From: Scyliorhinus canicula
Lineage: Eukaryota
Direction: 5' to 3'
Assembly (NCBI RefSeq): GCF_902713615.1
Contig: NC_052165.1
Location: 49,411,391-49,475,390, forward strand
Length of the DNA: 64,000 nt
The first letter of the stretch is position 1. Every line of letters starts with the position of its first letter. Positions 25,360 to 38,104 of the stretch are shown here, in pieces. Position numbers and translations under genes: made by a program. The notes under the pieces were generated by a model. That model worked only from the letters and a program-made list of their open reading frames with translations, did no database searches and was not told the DNA's origin.

Positions 25360-26700
25360 GTAAAGTGGCTAGGATTCTGGTCCTTCAGAGAGGCTAGCAG
25401 TCAGAGGGCTTGGTGTTGCGGAGCTCAATATACTATTACTGGATGCCAAATGCTGGGGTGTTGTGGGGATCCAGAGGTTGTATGGGTGCCGATGGAGCCC
25501 CCAGGTCGAGGTTAAGGGCGTTAGTGACGTCCTCGCTGCCATTTTCTTTGGGGAAATACTCAGCACAGTGGTGGACTCCACATTGAATATATGGAGGCAA
25601 TAGGGGATTTTCACCGTAACTTCATTGCAGTGTTAATACAAGCCTACTTGTGACACTAATAAAGATTATTATTAATTTCGGCAACACTTTGAATTGAGGC
25701 TGGTATTGAAACTGCCGCCTATCCACGCGAACCACATCTTTGAGCCGACAAGGTTGGTTGGGAGGTTTAGGAGATGGGAGGAGAAAGGGGTGGAAGGGAT
25801 GAGGGATTTGTTTTTGGAGGAGCGATTGTGAGCTTGGAGGAGCTGTCCGAGAATTTTAGGCTTTCGCAGTTGAATACATTTAGTATCTACAGGTTCACAA
25901 TTTCACAAAAAAGATCTTTCCAACATTCCCTGTGGTGCCACGGTCCTCGCTATTGGAGAGGGTTCTGTCACTGGCAGGGTTAGAGGAGCGGTGTACCTCA
26001 GGGTATGATTATGGTGGAGGACGCAGTGTCATGGAGAGAGTAACAGCTAAGTGGGAGGAGCTGGGGTTGGAATTGGAGGATGGGGTGTGGAGCGAGGCTC
26101 TATGGTGGGTGAATGCAATGTCTTAGTGCGCAAGATATATATACACTGTTGAAGGTAGTGCATAGAGCTCATTTGACAAATTCTAGGATGAGTAGGTTGT
26201 GGGAGTGGAGGTTGAGTGTGATCAATGTGAGAGGGGCCCGATAAATCATGTGCACTTGTTCTGATCGTGTCCCAAGCTCCCAGGATTCTGGGTCTCCTTC
26301 TTCAACACCATATTGTCAATTCTACAAATTGAACTGAAGCTCTGTTCCCTAGAGGCCATATTTGGGGTGAAGGACCTGCAGACAGAGGCGGGGGCTGATG
26401 ACCTGGCCTTTCACCTCGCTGATTGCTCGAACCGGCTGCTGATGGGTGGAGGTCAGCTTCTCCGTCTAGTGCCACAGTATGGCTGGGGGATCTTATTGAG
26501 TTTTTATATTGTGAGAAAGTACACTTGTGAAGGGGCAATTGAGGACTTCAAAGAACTGGTCACTGTTAGTTGTTAGGGAGGCAGGAGGGAGGTTTCAGTT
26601 GGGGGTCTTTTGGGTCGGAGTGGGGGGCGTTTTGGATTGTTTGATATTGTTATTGTTTTCAGATAAAATTGAAAAAGTTGAATAAAAATCTATTTTAAAA
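23550..26700 (+). mobile_element. decayed L1 ORF2 (endonuclease-RT-3' end)
   Basis: LILGGDLNCALNP, ALDAKKAFDRVE, SPLLFVLAIEPLA; G-rich 3' UTR; AATAAA at 26681. Confidence 0.85.
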
Positions 26701-29239
26701 AATGAACAGGTTTTTGATGGCAGAGAGTGTGTCGGGATTCCCCATGTACAGCCAGTTTTATGCTATCTGATTGAAGCCTTTTATGTGCCTTATGTGGAGG
26801 AATTGACGGGACTAGCTTTTGCAATCCAGGAATGGAGTTCATCCCCATTGTGCTTATGGTGGTGATGTGCTCCCCATGGATACTACGGACCTCCAAGGGA
26901 TCTGTGAATAGCAGCAAATCTACTCCACAGCATTCTCCACCAGGATCAACTGGGAGAAATGTTCTGGACTTCTGGTGGGTCAATGATGGCCAGACTCCTC
27001 GAAGGAACTCGCACCACTTACCCACCGCCACTAACTGGGAGTCCATCTGAGCCCTGCCAAGGAGATCTGGCTAGTGAACTGGCAAGAGCTGCAGGCCAAT
27101 GTCACCACTTTTCTGGGGCAATGAACTGCACTACTCAGAGTGGTCCTCCAAGGGTTGAGCACTTAAACAGGTGATTGCTATTCTGTGGTACAGGCTGGTC
27201 ACTTTGATCCCTCGCAGAGTTTATCATCAAGATATCGAAGCAGCTCACTAACTTCTTCTGTAACAAAGAGGGTGCACTGGGTCTCTGCTGCAGTGCAAAG
27301 TATCCCACGTGGGGAAGGTGGTCAGGCACTTAACATCCAGGCTTCAGCTTTCTGCCTTCAGACCCTGCAGAGATACCTGTATGTCATGGATCCTCCTAGA
27401 CATGGCTTTTGCTGGCAAACTTCTTCAATTAGTTACACAACATATAAATTACACGTGCAGCTCCTGTTTATAAAACCTGGATGGTGGGGGAGTGCGGTCT
27501 CTGTACATCCTTGCAGAAGTTTCCTGTCTTTTTAACAATCATTGTCTCCTCTCGTGGAGCTCTCCCCTCATTAGGAGTGACAGCTATCCTCCAGAATCAC
27601 TGCTCAGGAATCCACACCTTCAGGTCCATGTGGCGGAGAAGTAGTGACTACAATCGGGGACATACTGGATTGTAGAAGTGTGGGCTGGATGTTGCCAGAT
27701 TAGTTGGCACAGCACGCATCTTTGAGTGCGTCCAGCTCTTGGACAAAGCCACCGAGAATAAAGTGGCACTCGGCCCTGACTGCACCAGAAGTGGCTCAGG
27801 CCTGTAGAGAGGTTTTGTCCAAGCTGACCCTCCTTTGAATAAAATTTCTCATCAGTGTCAGGTTCCAAAACTCCCCTCTGGGGCTTTGGCCCCACACCTT
27901 GAGCTGTCTCTTGGAAATCCCCTCCGTGCCATTTCACTCTGCACAGAGAGGGGCTTTCTGTACAGGCTATAGTTGCATATTCGCCACTTCCTCATTCTTG
28001 TTAGACTCCGGGCATACCCATGCGTCCAGAGGAGGCGAGCGATCCTGTAGGTTGCTTTCTACTCCGGGTCCTCCCTTTTTCTATCAGGATCTTGGCATGG
28101 AGGTCCCCACAATAAACTGTTAAGTGGAGAGTGGGCTTCACATCAATAGGATGTGCAAGATTGTAAATCCTTTTCCATTATCTATGGGAAATACTCCTTG
28201 ATTTCTAGCTCTTCTTCAGATCAACACCCTCCTGATCTTTGGCCACCAAGTGGACAGAAGAGAAGGTAGATTAGAGAACCTCTTTGTGGGACTGCTTCTG
28301 GGCCTAGCCATGGTGGCCAACAAGTCGAGGGATCAGGCAATCTGGGCAGCAGCAGCGTTAAGTCTGATTGCTTCCCTCTCTCCACAGCTATCTCCTCCCC
28401 ACAAAGGTGCCCCAGAGAGGGAGTGGACAACGTAGTGGGACTGGAGTGCATCATCATCCCAGGAAATGTCACTTCAATAATGATTCAGCTTGTTATTGAA
28501 GTTTTATTATGTTACAATATATTAGTGGAGTCCCTGTTAAATTCTTCATTCTGTTTTATGGGTAACCTTACAAAGACAACCAAACTCTGATTATGGGGTT
28601 AGGAGGTGTATGTCGTAGTAGCTTTGTAAATAAATGCTTAAAAAAGATTGGCTCCAGTTCAGTCCTCAACTGACTTTCTGACACTTCACCCGAGCTACAA
28701 TTTAGCATCTACATAAATGTAGTCAAATAATACTACAGCAGCACCACAGCAGCTCTCCATGCAGAAAAAGTGACAAAAATCCCGAGTACAGCACAGTCAC
28801 AAAATTATTAAAATAATTTCAATAACAACTAGCATTAATAAAAGCGACTTACAATGGGACTCGCACAAAAACAACGGTAAGATGTCTTACATGGGAAACA
28901 GCACACAGTAATTCAAAAGGAGATTGACATAAATATTTGGATTCAAATAAGGTTAGATAAAAATTGCATTTATAGAGCACTTCATCACATGTCTTAGGAA
29001 TGTCTAAACTAGTTTCACATATAACAATTTACTCTGGTGTACAATATTTGGCAGTCATGTGTACAATCTAATTGAATGGTTCAAATGACTTGAGAGAGTG
29101 AATGACTTCTGATTTTCTTATGAAGACAACAGGATAGAAGGGGACAGATGTTTTGGACCTCAAGATTCTGTTATAAAAGTCCTATATCCTAATTAGCCCA
29201 AGAACATATTAGCAATGAGAATAATTTTGGTAGGAAGAT

Positions 29240-29955
29240 AATAAATGCATATTATCTAAATGGTGAGAGATTGCAGAGGGATCTGAGAGTCCCAGTGCAT
29301 GAATCACAGAAGGTTAGATTGTAGATACAAGTTATTAGGAAAGCTACTAGCATGTTAACATTTATTGCAAGGGGAATTGAATGAAAAAATAGAGAGATTA
29401 TACTTCAGTTCTACAGAGCATTGGTGAGACCACAGTTGAAATACTATGTACAGCGTTGGTTCCCTTATTTAAGAAAGGATATAAATGAGTTAAAGCATTT
29501 CAGAGCAGGTTTACTAGACTAATATCTGGAATGGGTGGGTTGTCTCATGAGGGAAGGTTGGACAGGCTATGTTTGTAGCCACTGGAGTTTAGAAGAGTAA
29601 GAGGCAACCTGATTGAAACATAGGATCCTGAGGGGTGTGAGGATGGATGTGAAAAGGATGTTTCCTCATGGGAGAATCTGGAACGAGGGTTACCGGTTTA
29701 AAAATAAGGGGTTGCCGATTTAAGACAGATGAGGAGAAATTCTTTCTCTGACAGTTGTTAGTTTTTGGAACTCTCTTCCTCAAAAAGCAGTGAAAAAAGG
29801 GTCTTTGAATATTTTTAAGGCAGAGCTAGATAGATTCAAGGGAGTGAAAGGTTATCAGGGGTAGGCCAGAATGCAGAGTTGAGGTTACAATCAGAACAGC
29901 CATGATGTTATTGAAAGCAGAGCAGGCTCAAGGGCCAAGTACTGCCCCTAATTTG
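29240..29955 (+). mobile_element. decayed CR1 3' fragment
   Basis: Collinear with the 6900-7500 CR1 RT C-terminus and 3' UTR. Confidence 0.8.
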
Positions 29956-29964
29956 TAGTCCTTT

Positions 29965-30140
29965 AAAAAATTTTTTAGAGTACCCAATTAATTTTTTCCA
30001 ATTAAGGGGTAATTTAGCGTGGCCAATCCACCTAGCCTGCACATTTTTGGGTTGTGGGGGTGAAACCCACGCAAACACGGGGAGAATGTGCAAACTCCAC
30101 ACGGACAGTGACCCAGAGCCGGGATCGAACCTGCGACCTT
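29965..30140 (-). mobile_element. short V-SINE subfamily (also 34785-34975 +, 46830-47040 +, 59151-59370 +)
   Basis: Shared ending like AATTGCCCCTTAATTGGAAAAA..AATTGGGTACTCTAAA. The 59151 copy has a 13-bp TSD, GTTACTGGAAGTA. Confidence 0.85.
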
Positions 30141-30382
30141 GCCTGCAGTCTTGAGGCTGAAGCCTCTTGCCAATTACAGAATAAGGCAGTTCCACCTTAA
30201 AGTGTCAGGATGTGTTTAAATTCCTTCTAGTAAGTTTCCCCAGTATTGCTAGAGATTAGATGTTGAAACATATTTAGTTTAAAGACAGTTGGCACTACTA
30301 TCAAAGGATTGTTTCAAGGAACAACTATTATGTATGCCTCAGCAATGTCGGTTTCTTATTGAAATAAACATTTTTTATTTAC

Positions 30383-30480
30383 CAGTCTATTAAATTGGTT
30401 TGCATCTTCTCAAAAATTCAGATGTACCCTGGTGGATGGCAAAATCAGTGTCCTCCTCAGCTGAAATTCTAGGCATCTTG
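30383..30480 (-). other. RHNO1: candidate RHNO1 5' UTR exon (98 nt) containing a 28-codon uORF
   Basis: Minus strand reads tttttactgtgttgcag|CAAGATGCCT...GACTG|gtaaat, in non-repetitive sequence between the promoter and the first coding exon. Confidence 0.45.
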
Positions 30481-31260
30481 CTGCAACACAGTAAAAAATG
30501 TTTTTGAAAACATGTCAATGCCCCAACCTCTGAATTTAACACTGCTCATTACAATAGACGAACTTTAAGGATATGCTATCTCAGTTTACAATCCCCCAAG
30601 TCTTTCAGGAGACCCCACAATCTCAGATGATGTAACAAATTAGATTACTATTCTGGGAAGAGATTGGCATGATGTAATAAATGTTACACTTCCCAATGCG
30701 TTCTTACATTACAACACAGTGGAAAGAATGAATGTGTGGTTTATATAGTAGTTTAAAATTATATTGTGAAATAGGTTTATATTGTACAAATGTATCTTGT
30801 TGAAGTGAATAAGAGATGTATTTAAGAAAACACTAGTTAAGGACATGAGAGAGGAAAGAGCAGGATAGGCTGATATACATATATAAAATCCTGAGTAGAA
30901 CGAAGAGACTTAAACACCAGTCTAGACAATTTGGGTCGAATGTTCGGTTTCTGGAAAACTTGTATTGAACAGAAAAAAAAATCTTCATCCTGTAACCCAC
31001 CTCTGCTTTTCTGACCTCAGCAGCAGAGCACTGGCCGATGGAATAAACCAGGCTGACTGCCCACTAACCTTCCGGTTCCGTAGTCCCAGTATTTCTGATC
31101 TCTGACTCCAGTTGTACTGTTTGAGGATGTGGTTCTTGCGGATTCTACATTTCCTAACAGCCCTGCTCCCAATTCCTAGTTAAACTCCCTCTTATCCTCC
31201 TTTATTATTTCTATCTTTCAAATACTCTAAACCTGCTGCGACTCTGAACTCTTCTTATTG

Positions 31261-31727
31261 CGGTATCCTGATGGCCGGGTTTCTCTCCCCCTCTTGCGGG
31301 TTCCCTGCGGCCGGGTTTCTCTCCCTCCTGCGGGTTCCCTGCGGCCGGGTCTCTCTCCCTCTTGCGGGATCCCTGCGGCCGGGTCTCTCTCTCCCTCTTG
31401 CGGGATCCCTGCGGCCGGGTCTCTCTCCCTCTTGCGGGATCCCTGAGGCCGGGTCTCTCTCCCTCTTGCGGGATCCCTGCGGCCGGGTCTCTCTCCCTCT
31501 TGCGGGATCCCTGAGGCCGGGTCTCTCTCCCTCTTGCGGGATCCCTGAGGCCGGGTCTCTCTCCCTCTTGCGGGATCCCTGAGGCCGGGTCTCTCTCCCT
31601 CTTGCGGGATCCCTGAGGCCGGGTCTCTCTCCCTCTTGCGGGATCCCTGCGGCCGGGTCTCCCTCCCCCTTGCGGGATCCCTGAGGCCGGGTCTCTCGCC
31701 CTCTTGCGGGATCCTTGAGGCCGGGTT
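31261..31727. repeat. 34-bp minisatellite, about 13-14 copies
   Basis: Unit GCGGGATCCCTGAGGCCGGGTCTCTCTCCCTCTT repeated head-to-tail. Confidence 0.95.
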
Positions 31728-31739
31728 TCTGCTTCAATC

Positions 31740-31950
31740 CGTCCCGCTCTTTAACTGGTTCCGTTCCGCTGCTCTGATTGGCTGACCGCCGCTGGCCGTC
31801 CTTCCTAATTGGCGAGCCCCGCGTTCCAACGGCTGCAGCCAGCTGTGCGGAGCTCGCCGATTGGCTGCCCGCTGCCCACCTGACCCTCACCCCGCCACCG
31901 GATTGGCCCAAAGTGACAGAACTCTGGAAATTCAAATAAAATCCAACTGG
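31740..31950. promoter_or_regulatory. FOXM1/RHNO1 bidirectional promoter core (CCAAT x4, MYB-type sites, inverted CHR)
   Basis: ATTGG at 31777, 31808, 31860 and 31902. TAACTG 31752, CAACGG 31827, CAACTG 31944. TTCAAA (CHR, TTTGAA on the - strand) at 31931-31936. CpG island between divergent genes. Confidence 0.8.
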
Positions 31951-32590
31951 CTACAAACTGTAACAAAAAAAAATCCGCAAATTCCGGAGATCAGAGAAAG
32001 AGACAGCGAACCCAGCCCGGGGCCCAGAGACAGCGAACCCAGCCCGGGGTCCAGAGACAGCGAACCCAGCCCGGGGCCCGGAGACAACTAACCCAGCCCG
32101 GGGCCCAAAGACAACTAACCCAGCCCGGGGCCCAAAGACAACTAACCCAGCCCGGGGCCCAGAGACACAGAACCCAGCCCGGGGCCCGGAGACAGAGACA
32201 GCGAACCCAGCCCGGGGCCCAGAGCCCGGAGACAGAGGCAGCTAACCCAGCCCGGGGCCCAGAGACAGTGACACCAAAACCCAGCCCGGACAAACAGCTA
32301 ACCCAGCCCGGGACCGGGGCCAGGCAGCTAACCCAGCCCAGGGCCGGAGATCAGACAGGGAGCCGGAGACAGGTAGCAAACCCAGTTTAGAGTTGTAATA
32401 TAGAGGCTGCAAACCCACCGGTGACCGGGCGAAAGGACAGGCGGTGAGGGAATTCCGGATTTGACACTGGCCAGGCGCCGGCGGATGAGAGACGTTCTGA
32501 CCGAGTCATTGCTATCTATCCTGAATCCGGATGTGGATGTGAGCCGGGAGTGGGAGCTGGATCCGCCGTGCGGAGCCCGGTAATATGCAG
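31940..32590 (+). other. FOXM1: FOXM1 putative non-coding exon 1 (5' UTR, includes 27-bp minisatellite)
   Basis: Strong donor CAG|gtgagt at 32590/32591 inside the CpG island, downstream of the CCAAT/CHR core. The start position is uncertain. Confidence 0.6.
32000..32375. repeat. about 27-bp minisatellite, about 12 copies
   Basis: Unit GAGACAGCGAACCCAGCCCGGGGCCCA with variants. Confidence 0.93.
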
Positions 32591-32932
32591 GTGAGTGAAC
32601 AGGGAGGGTATACCCGGGCTGGGCTGCAGCCTGTCCCGGGATCCGGCCCATTCGCATGTGCTTGAGGGTTAATTAAACTGTAACAACGGTTCTGGGTTCC
32701 AGAGCACACACTCCGGCCGTTTGTTCACTGCCTTCCTGTCAGCTTGCCAATGTGACCAGCTGTCCACTCACTGCTAGCTTATTAACACATGTTTACCAAA
32801 TTGTTTCTCGATCAAAAAGAGACCATCAGACATACACAGGACTCCCCAGTTTGAACCTAACCCTCTTCAGTTCTGCAATTCACATCCTGTCTCTCCCACA
32901 ATCACCCTTATTTTCAGCTGGGTCAATTGTAT

Positions 32933-33252
32933 TAGAATTAGAACAGTACAGCACAGAACAGGCCCTCAATGTTGTGCCGAGCAATGATCACCCTACTCAA
33001 GCCCACATATCCACCCTACACCAGTAACCCTACAACCCCCATTAACATTATTTTTTAGGACACTAAGGGCAATTTATCATGGCCAATCCACCTAACCCGC
33101 ACATCTTTGGACTGTGGGAGGAAACCGGAGCACCCGGAGGAAACCCACGCACACACGGGGAGGACGTGCAGACTCCGCACAGACAGTGACCCAGCCGGGA
33201 ATCGAACCGGGGACCCTGGAGCTGTGAAGCATTGATGCTAACCACCATGCTG
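32933..33252 (-). mobile_element. HE1-type V-SINE (FOXM1 intron 1)
   Basis: Near-identical to the other copies. Confidence 0.9.
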
Positions 33253-35404
33253 CCTTTGTATTGACGGTTTCTTCATCTCGGAGAGGGCACTTACACACTA
33301 TAAACTGAATGTACGTTCAAAATATATTAGACACCCTGGATCTGAACCATCGCTGTCTTTATTGGCGTCCACTGGTTTTCTAACCCTCAGTATATCAATT
33401 CAGGACGTTCATTCTTAAATCCTCTGCATCCACCTTCTGCAATCTTTAACTTCCCTTTGCTGATCTCCTTACTGACATTGAGTCTATTGGGCGTTTCTAT
33501 GCTCCCTACTCTACTTCACCATCAGTGGCTCCTGTACTCTGGAATTATCTTCCTGAATCTCCAACCTGCCAACAATTTCTTCATCCTTAAAAGCTCCCGC
33601 AAAGGCTACATCTTTCACAGTAAGTTGGGAACCATGTCTAATTTCTCTCCGCCTTTGCCTACAGGTCCTCATGTTAAACTTGGGATGCACTTTACTTGTT
33701 TGACAATAAACTTCAGACTTTTTTAAGGATACCTGTTGATGATGAGCTAGAAGAGTGTTGATTATTGAATTGCCAGCACTTTAATACAACTTTCTTCCGC
33801 ACTATAAGTGTCCAGTCATAAGAGTTCTACAGCACAGAAAGAGGTCCTTCGGCCCACTATATCTGTGTCGGCCATCAAGTATCTATCCTAATCTAATTTT
33901 ATAGAATAATAGAACACATCATGTCTGTGCTGACACTGCTGAATCAATCAAAAAATTATCTCACCCTTGTTTTTGTGGAGTCCTTTCTGTATCTTTCTCT
34001 GCTTCATATATTTGTCCGTGCAGTGATCACTGCCTCATTGCTACCTAATGTCACTGCTAAAACTCTTAATGACGACACTAATTCCCCAACCAGATGGAAT
34101 GGCCCTTATAAAAAATATTATGAAGAAATTTCCTGAATTTTGTTAGACCTTCTTGCAGCCTTGTCATATGGAAATAGCCTAGTAACTCAAGTGTCTCCTC
34201 AAAACTATATAATTATCCTGACAATATATTTTTTTTGGCTTTAATATCCCTATAATGAGCTCAAAATTCTTAACTTGAGCATCACAAATGTTTTGGATGA
34301 GGTCATCATTTTATATTTAACCTTGCACCCTAGCCTCTAATTATTCATTATGTAATTGAACAATGGATCCAGGGCTCAACAAACCCTGGCCCAGATCTTT
34401 AAAAAAAATTGTTGGAGTTTAGGATAGATCCCTTAAAAAGTGGGAGGAGGCTAACATTGTTCCAATCTTTAAAAGGGGGGATTTGGGCAAGGCAGATCTG
34501 GATAACTATATAGGCCTGTAAGGTTGATATCCTAGTAGGGTAGATGCTTGAGAGAATTCCTAGGAATGCACCAAATGTCTACTTAGACAGAGAAGGCCAT
34601 GTCCGTGACACTCAACGTGACTTCCCTTCATCAGTTTCATGAATTTAATTATAGTTTTTAGTTGCAGTGGGAAACACAATAGATATTATTTGCTTTGGCA
34701 TTCCGAAAGCATTTGCTAAGACACCATAAGAGAGACTTTGCTTTCAGTCGAATCGTCTAGAATTAGTGGTAATTTAGTATGCGCAGGACTGCTGCCTATG
34801 GCGCTGAGGTCCTGGGTTCGAATCCCGGCCCCGGGTCACAATCTATGTGGAGTTTGCACATTCTCCCCGTGTCTGCGTGAGTTTCACCCCCATGACCCAG
34901 AGATGTGCAGGTTAGGTGGATTGGCCACACTAAATTGCGCATAATTGGAAAAAATAATTCGGTACTCTAAATTTATAAAAATAAATTAGTATGCACGATT
35001 GAAAACCGTCTGAAAGCTTCATGGCAGGAAGTTGAATGTACTTGGAGACCAGTCATTGGTTGTGTCACACAGAGATGAATGTTATAACCATTGTTATTTC
35101 ATCCTTTCACTAGTAATCAAAATGTAGATGTTGGGAGAATAATTATAGATATGTGAGGACTAAGAGAATACTAAACTGGTAGATACATAGAAGATAGGAG
35201 CAGGAGGCGGTCTTTTGGCCCTTCGAGCCTGCTCTGCTTTCTCCTCATAATCGTTGATCATAGGTATAAGTAGACTTAGATGTACTGGATTTCCAGCATT
35301 TCAATTGCTCTCGTCTAATTTTCAAATGTAGATCATGCTCACCTGAACTCTGACCTGCACCATACTCATCCAAAAATTGTGCTCTGCTTACTCACTTTTT
35401 TTTT

Positions 35405-35637
35405 TAGAATTAGAACAGTACAGCACAGAACAGGCCCTTCAGCCCTCAATGTTGTGCCGAGCAATGATCACCCTACTCAAGCCCACATATCCACCCTATA
35501 CCAGTAACCCAACAACCCCCATTAACATTATTTTTTTAGGACACTAGGGGCAATTTAGCCTGGCCAATCCACCTAACCTGCACATCTTTGGACTGTGGGA
35601 GGAAACCGGAGCACCCGGAGGAAACCCACGCACACAC
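35405..35637 (-). mobile_element. 5'-truncated HE1-type V-SINE
   Basis: Tail and part of the core only. Confidence 0.88.
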
Positions 35638-35852
35638 GCCTTACACGCCTATTAGAGAAAATACTGTATTTGTTTTATCAAAATATTTCATTTTTATTGC
35701 TAACAAATATTCCTCCTTTAACTAATAAGTTTAATAGTTAGCATTTGACTCTGCCTTTCTTTTTACCTTAATTTCTGACTATATGGAGGGTTTCTGATTG
35801 AATTTATTGTTGCAGGCACTGTGTGGTTGAAGAAGCTCTAGCTGCAATAATA

Positions 35853-36498
35853 ATGAAAGCCAGTCCAAGGAGGCCTTTGATTTTGAAACGGAGGAAACGT
35901 CCCCTGACCTTCGGTAATCCGGTGGATATAAAGGAGAATGCAGCTGAGGACACGAATGATCCGAGCAAACATAAATCTGTGCCGAGAGATTTTGACACAG
36001 CCAACACCTGCCCAAGGAAAGATGACATGGGAAACTCACTAAAGCGCACAGCTATTGAGACTCATAAATTCCCTGAGAGGATTCGGATTGTAAACCACCC
36101 GTCAATGCCCAACACCCAAGTTGTGATAATTCCAAAAAATGCTGATCTTCAAAGCATCATAGCAGCACTCACAGCAAAGGGAAAGGAGAGTGGTTCTAAT
36201 GGGCCCAAGAAATTTATTCTTTTGAGCAGTAATGCAACTTCCTCCTCCCGCCAAAGTCAATCTTTGGGAAGTAATGATCCTTGTGAAACACAAAGAGGTT
36301 TTCCTACGCTCCTGGAGAGGAGCCAAAAGTTCATGGAGTTCCGGGAAGAGCCAAACTTAACAGTTGCTAACCCAAGTGGCAAAGTGGCAATAGCAGACTT
36401 TGGTAGTAATGTTAGCATCAAAAAAGAGGATGAACTCTCGGTGCACATCCCTCAAACACTGGTGCCTTCAGCTCTGTATGACCAAGAGACTGGTACAG
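35853..36498 (+). CDS. FOXM1: FOXM1 coding exon 1 (exon 2): N-terminal repressor domain
   Basis: Acceptor ttgcag| at 35815 and ATG at 35853. MKASPRRPLILKRRK...IRIVNHPSMPNTQVVIIPKNADLQSIIAALTAKGKESGSNGPKKFILLS matches the FOXM1 N-terminus. Donor ACAG|gtaaga, phase 1. Confidence 0.96.
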
Positions 36499-36989
36499 GT
36501 AAGAAACGGTCCCTTGTGAGATTATATTACTTCAGAGGCAGGCTAGACAGAAAAGACATCCTGTGAAGAAGTTGGAAAGCAGATCAAAATGCTATTAAAT
36601 AATACTCTTCCCCAGATAGAATGTCTGACTGGAAATATTAACCTGCATCTCCGTTTAAATAGTATTCACTTCCTTTCATCAAGTTTATGTACATTTATTT
36701 GTAGATTTGAGACATTTACAGTTTTCACTTTTCATCTCAACATCATGCAGGAATTAGTATATGCTTATTATTTCCAGCAAATTAGATTAATAACTGATGT
36801 ATTTAATAGCCAATTATGGACATGCTTAAATAATTATGGAAACAATTCTGACAGTTTGAGCCGAACTGCTAACAAAAGAACAAAAACACTATGAACTTGG
36901 TCTTTACTCTGGCTGTAGTGAGTGTATGTATGAGTGATTTATAGACAAATTCAGTTACTCAGAAAATGATTAGAAACCACATATTGTTG

Positions 36990-37984
36990 TTACCTGAACC
37001 CCACAAATATACTCGAGTCAGTAACTCCAACTTATACTTGAGTGCTACCTTGTATTTTTGAATGTGTTCAAAGTGGCAAGCCAGTTTTCTGAAATGTGGG
37101 TCAGCATTATATGCAGCAAATTCGTGCTGCTGTGGTGGGTGAACCCATAGCTGGACTGAAAGTCACAAGCCCCAGTCCTCAAGCAAACAAAAGCTAAATT
37201 CCCACTTTGAGCAGAAATAGGGTGCAATCTCTTTAAACGTTATTGTTTACAGCCACAAAAGTTAGGTTGTTGCATATACTCAACGTGCGAACTGAGCCCC
37301 GTTTACAGCTACAAGCATGTCCATAAATCGATTCTCAAATGAAACTTCAGTTCAACAGCTGAAAACAGCTCTGAACCACTGTTTAATTCAAATTAAGCCT
37401 TTCTGACAACACAAGAAGTTCAACAATGTTTGACGTTTTATGGGAGAGAAAATAATTTGTATCTCTGTCACCCCTCTTTTCCCTCCCCTCAGCACAGGGC
37501 AACAAGTCCCAGTCACTACTCCCATCCATGCACCCACATGTCTATATGTAGCAACTTCATAAAGTGAAGGGGAGATCAAATAGAGGTGTTCATAATTGAG
37601 GTTTTAATGAGATACCATGGATGTTGGCATGCCTCAACATCCTTTCAAAAATCTGGGTCCACTTATATGCCAGCTGAACCACCTGCAAGGGTCTGGGAGT
37701 GTCGCCAATTTGAAGTGTCATCATCTGATGCAAAGAATGCATATCCTTGCAACATAGCCCATATTGCCTGCTTCACTCTTTGCACCTTGTATGGTACGTA
37801 CAGGTGAGCAAAACATACATTTGCAGGGTGCAAAATTGAGGCTGACTACTAACGTTAAGCATAACACGTTGTAGCTGTAAACAGGGCTAAATTTACACGT
37901 TGAGTATATGTAAAAACATACATTTTTGCGGCTGGAAAAATAGGTTGCCTATACACTAGGTGATTTATATGCCTCGATTTACAG
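36990..37984. mobile_element. decayed Tc1/pogo(Tigger)-like MITE
   Basis: Internal inverted repeats at about 37245-37320 and 37865-37940; right end ...GATTTACAGTA. Confidence 0.45.
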
Positions 37985-38104
37985 TAAGTAGAAAAAAAAA
38001 TTCATTGAGTTGATATTAAACAGCATACATATAGATTGACACGTTAAAAATTGGGATCAAGAAATTGGATGCTATGTATAACAAGAGTAGCGCAGGTATA
38101 ATTT

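Noticed and set aside
31876-31892. Donor-like GTGAGG and GTGGGC on the - strand as the RHNO1 exon 1 end
   Set aside because: They lie among the CCAAT boxes of the promoter core and cannot be distinguished from donors at 31069 or about 31000 without transcript data.
31255-32293. 226-aa and 100-aa repetitive ORFs; arrays superficially like CRISPR
   Set aside because: These are head-to-tail minisatellites with no unique spacers, in a eukaryotic context, and the long ORF has a non-ATG start.
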